Positions 11,043-19,204 of a stretch of 19,447 nucleotides of DNA are shown here, one piece after another. Made by a program: the position numbers and the translations under genes. Source of the stretch: Neoechinorhynchus agilis. Its lineage: Eukaryota; Animalia; Acanthocephala. The stretch covers positions 1 to 19,447 of the forward strand of contig JBMGUZ010000054.1 in NCBI GenBank assembly GCA_051530055.1, written 5' to 3'. Position 1 is the first letter of the stretch. Each line of letters begins with the position of its first letter. Below the pieces are notes generated by a model, which saw only the letters and a list, made by a program, of their open reading frames with translations, was not told the DNA's origin and ran no database searches.

Positions 11043-12077
11043 ATGAAACCAAACAACTTAAATAATTTCGGATTCAGTGAGCAACGAGTTGAGACCGAGT
11101 GGCAAATGGCGATGAACCATTTTGGGAATAGTTCACCATCGCAGGTATTGATACCTCGAAACCAACTATACCAACCACGCCGAGGAGATTTGAACAGATA
11201 TACCGGCGAGTTGGTTCCGGTCATTCCGTCTCACGATGAAGCTCCTTTGCCTCTAAAACGGACCAAATACGAGTTTCCGCATCAGTTTCCCGCTCGATTC
11301 CCACGGATGCAGCAAAGCCTCTTTCGACCTATCTCATCCGCAATGATCCCTACTGCACGTTTCAAAAGACCAGCGAATGAATTGGAAGATTACAGTACTA
11401 ATCGATCCTCAAGTCTTAGCTCTCCTTTGGATGAAGCTTTGACTTCACAGGATAGCGGTGATGCCATGGAAAAGTTGACGAGCCGTACTTCTGTCCGTAC
11501 TGTGTCCATCGTTGTTTCTAACATCGTCACGACGTTCCGAACCGGGAAACCCATCAATATTCACAATGTGGCTAGAAAATGCTTGAACGTCGAACTTCAA
11601 CGACATAGTTCTCGTGTTCTGATGGCTATTAGGAAACCACTAGGAACTGCTACCATCTACCGAACTGGTCGAGTTGTTTGTAACGGAACCAGCACTACAA
11701 AAGACGCTTACATTTTATCGCGTAGAGTAGCGCGATGTATTCAAAAGTCTGGTGTTGATTTCAACCGAATGATCGAATACACTGTCGTGAACATCTTCTC
11801 ATCAGTATCCATGCCATTCAGAATCGATTTATATAAGCTTTATAGAGAATGGGAACGAAAAACACTTCCGCAAGTCAATGCGCGAATCGAGTCTTTGAGC
11901 TACGAACCAGAAATTCATTCCGGTACGAATATACGAATCAAGGATCTTAAGGTTACCATGAAGGTGTTTCATAGTGGCCATGTTACCGTTATTGGTCCAA
12001 AGATTAGGAATATCGAAGAAGCTTGCGGTACAATCTATCCTTTGTTCAAACTAGCTGCTTCGCAAACAAGAAGATGA
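11043..12077 (+). CDS. TBPL1: TBP-related factor of the TRF2/TBPL1/TLF type, divergent and intronless, with a ~150 aa P/Q/S-rich N-terminal extension
   Basis: The C-terminal ~190 aa have the two-repeat TBP saddle: IVVSNIVTTFRT...NV...RVLMAIRKPLGTATIYRTGRVVCNG...SRRVARCIQKSG and VVNIFSSVSMPFRIDL...SYEPEIHSG...TMKVFHSGHVTVIGP...IYP. The motifs FRT, KVLM-like RVLM, RKP-TATI, MPF, YEPE-H and TV-GP match the TRF2/TBPL1 branch better than canonical TBP. The symbol denotes the family; orthology is untested. Confidence 0.9.
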   Translation: MKPNNLNNFGFSEQRVETEWQMAMNHFGNSSPSQVLIPRNQLYQPRRGDLNRYTGELVPVIPSHDEAPLPLKRTKYEFPHQFPARFPRMQQSLFRPISSAMIPTARFKRPANELEDYSTNRSSSLSSPLDEALTSQDSGDAMEKLTSRTSVRTVSIVVSNIVTTFRTGKPINIHNVARKCLNVELQRHSSRVLMAIRKPLGTATIYRTGRVVCNGTSTTKDAYILSRRVARCIQKSGVDFNRMIEYTVVNIFSSVSMPFRIDLYKLYREWERKTLPQVNARIESLSYEPEIHSGTNIRIKDLKVTMKVFHSGHVTVIGPKIRNIEEACGTIYPLFKLAASQTRR

Positions 12078-12258
12078 GTGTATGTGGGTTTAGATGTGCT
12101 GACGCACTCCGCGAGCACACACCGTAGAGACACAAAAACTAGATGGCACTACACCCGTATTTGTGGTGGGGTTCAATTGCGTACTTGCTCGCGATAACTC
12201 TCAGGGAATTATTAGAAATCCCCAATGTGTGTTGACCTTTCGCTTTGTAGGATCATGA

Positions 12259-13380
12259 AACTTTCTTAAAATGTTCGTTTTTCCGTCCCGATCGGAGTGC
12301 CCGGCTGAGTGTTCATCAGACGAGGCAGTCCACAGAGGAAAAATCGGACTGAAGTGGGACGTTGACGTAATGATCATCATCGGGACCATTGAATGGTGAC
12401 TAAAATGTTCAAATCAATTTGAACTTTCTTATACGCTCGTTTTCCACTTGAGCTTATTCACTTCTCTAGAGAATGGTTTAAAGGCTTAGAACGTGGAGGA
12501 GAATTGGGAACTTTTCTTAAAACGTTCGTTTTTCCGTCCCGATCGGAGTGCCCGGCTGAGTGTTCATCAGACGAGGCAGTCCACAGAGGAAAAATCGGAC
12601 TGAAGTGGGACGTTGACGTAATGATCATCATCGGGACCATTGAATGGTGACTAAAATGTTCAAATCGATTTGAACTTTCTTATACGCTCGTTTTCCACTT
12701 GAGCTTATTCACTTCTCTAGAGAATGGTTTAAAGGCTTAGAACGTGGAGGAGAATTGGGAACTTTTCTTAAAACGTTCGTTTTTCCGTCCCGATCGGAGT
12801 GCCCGGCTGAGTGTTCATCAGACGAGGCAGTCCACAGAGGAAAAATCGGACTGAAGTGGGACGTTGACGTAATGATCATCATCGGGACCATTGAATGGTG
12901 ACTAAAATGTTCAAATCGATTTGAACTTTCTTATACGCTCGTTTTCCACTTGAGCTTATTCACTTCTCCAATGAATACTTTAAAGGCTTAGAACGTGGAG
13001 GAGAATTGGGAACTTTTCTTAAAACGTTCGTTTTTCCGTCCCGATCGGAGTGCCCGGCTGAGTGTTCATCAGACGAGGCAGTCCACAGACTAAGATTCTA
13101 ATCGGACTGAAATAGGACGTTGACGTAATCATCATCGGGACCATTCAATGGTGAAAGATTTTTGCGACTAAAATGTTCAAATCAATATGAACTTTTTATA
13201 AACGCTCGTTTTCCACTTGAGCAACTTTATTCACTTCTCCAATGAACAATTTAAAGGCTTAGAACGTGGAGGAGAATTGTGAACTTTTCTTAAAACGTTC
13301 GTTTTTCCGTTGAGGAATAGTTTTCGTCCCGATCGGAGTGCTCAGAGGAGCATTCATCAGACAAGGCAGTCCACAAAGGA
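12259..13380 (+). repeat. Satellite array B: four 251-bp monomers plus a degenerate fifth
   Basis: GAGTGTTCATCAGACGAGGCAGTCCACAG occurs at 12307, 12558, 12809 and 13060 (period 251). A diverged copy lies at ~13348. Confidence 0.97.
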
Positions 13381-13622
13381 AGATTCTACATTTAATCGTC
13401 TCGTAATCAAAAGAGTTTCAACAAAATTGTGGACGCAAATTGAGGGCAGATAAAACTCTGTTTTTCAATTGCGCAACGTGCCAGAAAAGTTAAGAAAACC
13501 GTCTTTGAAATATGATAATTTGTTACTTTTGCTCAAAAGAAGGTGTAGGTGCTAAAAGCACGATTCTCTCCCTAATAAAATGAAATTCTTGATTCGGTAA
13601 ACATCTAAGTGGGTTGTTTGAT

Positions 13623-13822
13623 GAGTTCTCGGATAAGGAGACCCGAAATGAACTCGAGGAAAGACCCAACCACCGAAACTTCCTTACAAACAATTACCAC
13701 CCACTTTCCCAACCCACTGCAAAAAAATCAACAACCACATTTATCCTTACAGAATTCGAGTGTTCTGAAGGCCCAAAGGTACATGGGTTCTATCTTTGTG
13801 CATTAACCAACAAAACGTATTA
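13623..13822 (+). repeat. Inverted, diverged copy of the array C monomer
   Basis: TCGGATAAGGAGACCCGAAATGAACTCGAGGAAAGACCCAACC...TACAAACAATTACCACC and TTCGAGTGTTCTGAAGGCCCAAAG...AACAAAACGT match the reverse complement of array C (TTCGGATATCAGAACCTGAAATGAACCTGAGGAAAGACCAACC...TACAAACAATAACCACC; TCGAGTGTTCATGAGGACCCAAAAG...AAATAAAACGT). Confidence 0.8.
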
Positions 13823-13868
13823 TAATATAATTTTTTTTGTTAGTTGCGAACTGTTATGGGTTCAAATC

Positions 13869-13970
13869 CGAAAAGGAAGTTCAAAGTTCTTGAACGTGGG
13901 AACATGGCTTGAAATATTAAATCTTCTTGAAAAAGGAGATAGTGGAATGTCTCTAGCACAGTTTTATAGT
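13869..13970 (+). pseudogene. Possible relic of a CENP-B/pogo-Tigger N-terminal helix-turn-helix (psq-type)
   Basis: RKGSSKFLNVGTWLEILNLLEKGDSGMSLAQFY resembles the pogo/Tigger/Jerky pattern K/R..L(T/S)...KLEII..LEKG.S...LA.EY. There is no ATG upstream in frame and no recognisable DDE domain downstream. Confidence 0.3.
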
Positions 13971-14405
13971 GCAAAAAAAGAAGTAGCAAAGGCGACCCTA
14001 ATTTGAGACCCAATTTAAAAGCGGGAAATCCATTGATACCAAAAGATATTACGTATAAATCATAGAACAGAAATTATGGAGTTCTATTTAAGCATTTATT
14101 TCAATCAAGGGCTTTTCTTAAAATCCCAACTCCAGTGTTGTTTAGGCAGCTGGTACCTATCTAAATAAGGTTAATGATTCATAAATAATGCGCTATATTT
14201 GATGAATACTCGCAAGATCGAAGAAATGGAATCTTAAAGTGGACTGTGAAATTCATTTTTTCAAACAAAAAAATTACAAGAGGCCCACTAGATCGTCAAA
14301 AAATTCAATAAAATCGCCGAAACGGTTTCATGACAACAATTTATTTGTACAGAAACGATGTGTTGGCAAGTTCGTAATTGTTTATTTATGATTTTCATGA
14401 CTCCG

Positions 14406-14478
14406 CATTTCTAAGACTCGCGATTGCATTTCGGCTTTTACACATCGATTCAGGTATTGCTCCTATCGACCCAGGGAG
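14406..14478 (+). repeat. Diverged direct repeat, left copy (partner at 18110-18182)
   Basis: CATTTCTAAGACTCGCGATTGCATTTCGGCTTTTACACATCGATTCAGGTATTG... aligns with CATTTTAAGACAAGCAATCGCATTTCTTATTTTCCACATCGATCCAGGAATTG..., about three-quarters identical by eye. Confidence 0.65.
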
Positions 14479-14510
14479 TTTTTAAGACCATTAAGGAGCG
14501 TTGAAACTTA

Positions 14511-17500
14511 TAATAATAACACGTTTTATTTGTTGATTCACAAAGAAGAGGAGCCAAGTACCTATGCGTCCTCATGAACACTCGAGTTCTGATTTGTAGA
14601 ATGAATCTGGCTATCGATTTTGGCCTGGATTACGAGTCCGTTCGGGTGGGAAATGGTGGTTATTGTTAGTAGGAGCGTTTGGAAGGTTGGTCTTTCCTCA
14701 GGTTAATTTCAGGTTCTGATATCCGAAATCGATAACATTTTTGTATTCTATAAAAGGTGCTTCCACGCGATTATTGACCGTGGCACTCTAATAATAACAG
14801 GTTTTATTTGTTGATTCACAAAGAAGAGGAGCCAAGTACCTATGCGTCCTCATGAACACTCGAGTTCTGATTTGTAGAATGAATCTGGCTATTGATTTTG
14901 GCCTGGATTACGAGTCCGGTCGCGTTGGAAGGTTCGTGTTGGTGGGAAATGGTGGTTATTGTTTGTAGGAGCGCTTGAAACGTTGGTCTTTCCTCAGGTT
15001 CATTTCAGGTTCTGATATCCGAAATCGACAACATTTTTGTATTCTATAAAAGGTGCTTCCACGCGATTATTGACTATGGCACTGTAATAATAACACGTTT
15101 TATTTGTTGATTCACAAAGAAGAGGAGCCAAGTCTCCCTTTTGGGTCCTCATGAACACTCGAATTAATCTTGCTATCGATTTTGGACTGGATTACGAATC
15201 CGTTCGGGTGGGAAATGGTGGTTATTGTTTGTAGGAGCGCTTGGAAGGTTGGTCTTTCCTCAGGTTCATTTCAGGTTCTGATATCCGAAATCGACAACAT
15301 TTTTGTATTCCATAAAAGGTGCTTCCACGCGATTATTGACTATGGCACTGTAATAATAACACGTTTTATTTGTTGATTCACAAAGAAGAGGAGCCAAGTC
15401 TCCCTTTTGGGTCCTCATGAACACTCGAATTAATCTTGCTATCGATTTTGGACTGGATTACGAATCCGTTCGGGTGGGAAATGGTGGTTATTGTTTGTAG
15501 GAGCGCTTGGAAGGTTGGTCTTTCCTCAGGTTCTGATATCCGAAATCGACAACATTTTTGTATTCTATAAAAGGTGCTTCCACGCGATTATTGACCGTGG
15601 CACTGTAATAATAACACGTTTTATTTGTTGATTCACAAAGAAGAGGAGCCAAGTCCCTTTGGGTCCTCATGAACACTCGAATTGAATGAATCTGGCTATT
15701 GATTTTGGACTGGATTACGAATCCGTTCGGGTGGGAAATGGTGGTTATTGTTTGTAGGAGCGCTTGGAAGGTTGGTCTTTCCTCAGGTTCATTTCAAGTT
15801 CTGATATCCGAAATCGACAACATTTTTGTATTCCATAAAAGGTGCTTCCACGCGATTATTGACCATGGCACTGTAATAATAACACGTTTTATTTGTTGAT
15901 TCACAAAGAAGAGGAGCCAAGTCTCCCTTTTGGGTCCTCATGAACACTCGAATTAATCTTGCTATCGATTTTGGACTGGATTACGAATCCGTTCGGGTGG
16001 GAAATGGTGGTTATTGTTTGTAGGAGCGCTTGGAAGGTTGGTCTTTCCTCAGGTTCTGATATCCGAAATCGACAACATTTTTGTATTCCATAAAAGGTGC
16101 TTCCACGCGATTATTGACCGTGGCACTGTAATAATAACACGTTTTATTTGTTGATTCACAAAGAGGAAGAGGAGCCAAGTCTCCTTTTGGGCCCTCATGA
16201 ACACTCGGATGAATCTGGCTATTGATTTTGGACTGGATTACGAATCCGTTCGGGTGGGAAATGGTGGTTATTGTTTGTAGGAGCGTTTGGAAGGTTGGTC
16301 TTTCCTCAGGTTCATTTCAAGTTCGGATATCCGAAATCGACAACACTTTTGTATTCTATAAAAGGTGCTTCCACGCGATTATTGACTATGGCACTGTAAT
16401 AATAACACGTTTTATTTGTTGATTCACAAAGAGGAAGAGGAGCCAAGTCTCCCTTTGGGCCCTCATGAACACTCGAATGAATTTGGCTATTGATTTTGGA
16501 CTGGATTACGAATCCGTTCGGGTGGGAAATGGTGGTTATTCTTTGTAGGAGCGCTTGGAAGGTTGGTCTTTCCTCAGGTTCATTTCAAGTTCCGATATCT
16601 GAAATCGACAACATTTTTGTATTCTATAAAAGGTGCTTCCACGCGATTATTGACCGTGGCACTGTAATAATAACACGTTTTATTTGTTGATTCACAAAGA
16701 GGAAGAGGAGCCAAGTCTCCCTTTTGGGTCCTCATGAACACTCGAATTAATCTTGCTATCGATTTTGGACTGGATTACGAATCCGTTCGGGTGGGAAATG
16801 GTGGTTATTGTTTGTAGGAGCGCTTGGAAGGTTGGTCTTTCCTCAGGTTCATTTCAGGTTCTGATATCCGAAATCGACAACATTTTTGTATTCTATAAAA
16901 GGTGCTTCCACGCGATTATTGACCGTGGCACTGTAATAATAACACGTTTTATTTGTTGATTCACAAAGAAGAAGAGGGCAAGTCTCCTTTGGGCCCTCAT
17001 GAACACTCGAATGAATCTGGCTATTGATTTTGGACTGGATTACGAATCCGTTCGGGTGGGAAATGGTGGTTATTCTTTGTAGGAGCGTTTGGAAGGTTGG
17101 TCTTTCCTCAGGTTCATTTCAAGTTCTGATATCTGAAATCGACAACATTTTTGTATTCCATAAAAGGTGCTTCCACGCGATTATTGACGGTGGCACTATA
17201 ATAATAACACGTTTTATTTGTTGATTCACAAAGAGGAAGAGGAGCCAAGTCTCCCTTTTGGGTCCTCATGAACACTCGAATTAATCTTGCTATCGATTTT
17301 GGACTGGATTACGAATCCGTTCGGGTGGGAAATGGTGGTTATTGTTTTTGTAGGAGCGTTTGGAAGGTTGGTCTTTCCTCAGGTTCATTTCAGGTTCTGA
17401 TATCCGAAATCGACAACATTTTTGTATTCTATAAAAGGTGCTTCTACGCGATTATTGACTATGGCACTGTAATAATAACAGGTTTTATTTGTTGATTCAC

Positions 17501-17755
17501 AAAGAAGAAGAGAAGCCAAGTACCTCTGCGTCTTCTTAAGCACTCGAATGAATCTGGCTATTGATTTTGGAGTGGATTACGAGTCCGTTCGGGTGGGAAA
17601 GTGGTGGTTATTGTTTGCAGGAGAGTTTGTGAGGTTAAGTCTTTCCTCAATTTCATTTCAGGTCTCGATATCCGAGAAGATTGGACAGTATAGCATAATG
17701 AGCGGAGGTAATAATAACACGTTTATTTGTTGGTTAACAAACTAAAGAACCCATG
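14511..17755 (+). repeat. Satellite array C: ~12 monomers of ~252-299 bp (mode ~268)
   Basis: The anchor CATGAACACTC occurs at 14573, 14851, 15150, 15416, 15668, 15939, 16196, 16464, 16733, 16998 and 17267, with a degenerate anchor at ~17535. The right edge monomer (17540-17755) is diverged. Confidence 0.98.
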
Positions 17756-18109
17756 AATTTTGCAAATTTTAGAAGCTCTTCTTTATGAAACGTTTTAAGG
17801 CGACGGATTTGTGATTTTGACAGGTTGCAAAAGACGGCTTTATCGTAGGTGATATGACGAGTAAAATAAAGCTTTAGTGAAATTTAGAGAGAAAGGGACT
17901 ACAAAATGTCGGAGGCGTTTGAGAATTGTGAAGGTATTTTGCACTTGAGGGAAAGTGAAATGTGCGAATCCAATTTCATGTATGATTAAATTTTTTCTGG
18001 GTACTCAATTTCAGTCAATCCGATCGCCCAAGAATTCCGCACAACACTGATAGATTTTTCGCTTGTGGACCGATTCAACATTTAGACCAAACAATGACTT
18101 TAAATTGCT

Positions 18110-18182
18110 CATTTTAAGACAAGCAATCGCATTTCTTATTTTCCACATCGATCCAGGAATTGTTATTATCGGCCAAAAGGAG
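18110..18182 (+). repeat. Diverged direct repeat, right copy (partner at 14406-14478)
   Basis: See the left copy. There is also a local duplication TCCG(C/G)ACAA(C/T)ACTGATAGATT at ~18037 and ~18225. Confidence 0.6.
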
Positions 18183-19035
18183 CGTAGGAATTTAAGGCAC
18201 TGTTTCCTGCAATGTCCCAATAACTCCGGACAATACTGATAGATTCGTCACTTTTAGTCCTAGAGGCGTAATTATTTCGTTAGATCGTGGAAGGGTGAGA
18301 AATCGCGATTAATTTATTGATTACCTTTGGAACTTTTAGACCTGATCAATTAATCACTAGACAAAAAACCAACACCTTTTATTTTTCGTCCGATTAAGTT
18401 CAATGTGAACATTAACGTTTCTTCCGTTTCCAATGACGTCAAGAGATTCACTTTTAGCGAAGAACGCGTTTTCGGAGCTCATGGACGTTTCCAAATGAAT
18501 GTATGGGTTTTATCGTTTAAGTTTGTCGTGACGTCGTCTGTGTTATATTTTATGACAAGTTGCGTCCGTCGTCGCTTATCATTTATTTAATGACGTAGAA
18601 AAATTGAAATGAATTTATCGTAGGGTCGGGATCAAACGATCCCATTTTGATCATATCGAGAGAAAAATCCATCGGGATGTTAAATGTGGAGCTCGAAATA
18701 TTTCAGAAGAATAAAATGATTTTTTCACCACAAATCAATATCCCATTTTGTTTCACTGCGTGCCAAAATGGTAGCGTTGTCAATGGCCATTAAGTGGTCC
18801 TGTGGGGAGAAATGGTTAAGTATTGCAGAACGGGCCGAAATCAATCGGCAGTTTTAAAAATAAAATCATTTCAATTTTTCTACGCGCCAGAAAACAACCA
18901 ATGTGAACAGTTCAATACTCTCGCTTATCGACGTTGACGAGGAAGAGGCGGCTCAACGCTTTTGTGTACGTTTATATACACTCTTTTGCCGCAAAAGTCT
19001 TTTCTTCTCCCCCATCTCACTTTCAGATATGTTTA

Positions 19036-19204
19036 GAATTATTGTTTAGAAGTCTTCATCCGCGGTAAATGATTTCTTTTCGATTAAAAAGGCCTTTCGT
19101 TGTTTGTTAGTAATAGACACTAACAAGCAAACTGGGTCCACAGAACGTCTTTTTAATCGAAAAGAAATCATTCACCGCGAATGAAGACTTCTAAACAATA
19201 ATTC
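19036..19204. repeat. Long foldback: 56-bp arms with 54/56 identity and a nested inner hairpin
   Basis: 19036-19091 is the reverse complement of 19149-19204 with two mismatches. The inner stem is TTGTTAGT (19104-19111) / ACTAACAA (19119-19126). Confidence 0.95.

Noticed and set aside
12095-12145. Helitron 3' end (hairpin + CTAG) capturing the TBP-like gene
   Set aside because: The hairpin is weak and ~20 nt from CTAG, and there is no matching 5' TC boundary or Rep/helicase remnant.
12110-12191. tRNA-like element (CGCGAGCA / TGCTCGCG stem, GGTTCAATT)
   Set aside because: No D-arm, anticodon arm or pairing T-stem can be built on either strand.
12078-12260. Retrocopy hallmarks (poly-A tail, TSD) for the TBP-like gene
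   Set aside because: No poly-A tract or clear TSD is present. Lack of introns alone does not prove retroposition.
12280-12330. Hammerhead ribozyme in array B (minus-strand CTGATGA...GAAA; plus-strand CAGACGAG-stem-GAA)
   Set aside because: On the minus strand no stem II closes between CTGATGA and GAAA. On the plus strand the core is CAGACGA, not CUGANGA, and the stem is out of register by 3 nt.
12201-12891. Three 60-62 aa minus-strand ORFs in array B
   Set aside because: They are identical only because the monomers are identical, start at non-ATG codons and have no recognisable domain.
13420-13505. Inverted seed for array B (and the 6370-6640 region for array A)
   Set aside because: Only short AT-rich word matches, not distinguishable from chance by eye.
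15170-17745. Repeated 62-75 aa ORFs in array C as a multigene family
   Set aside because: They are a consequence of monomer identity. Most use non-ATG starts, differences between copies are mostly non-synonymous, and several copies are frameshifted.
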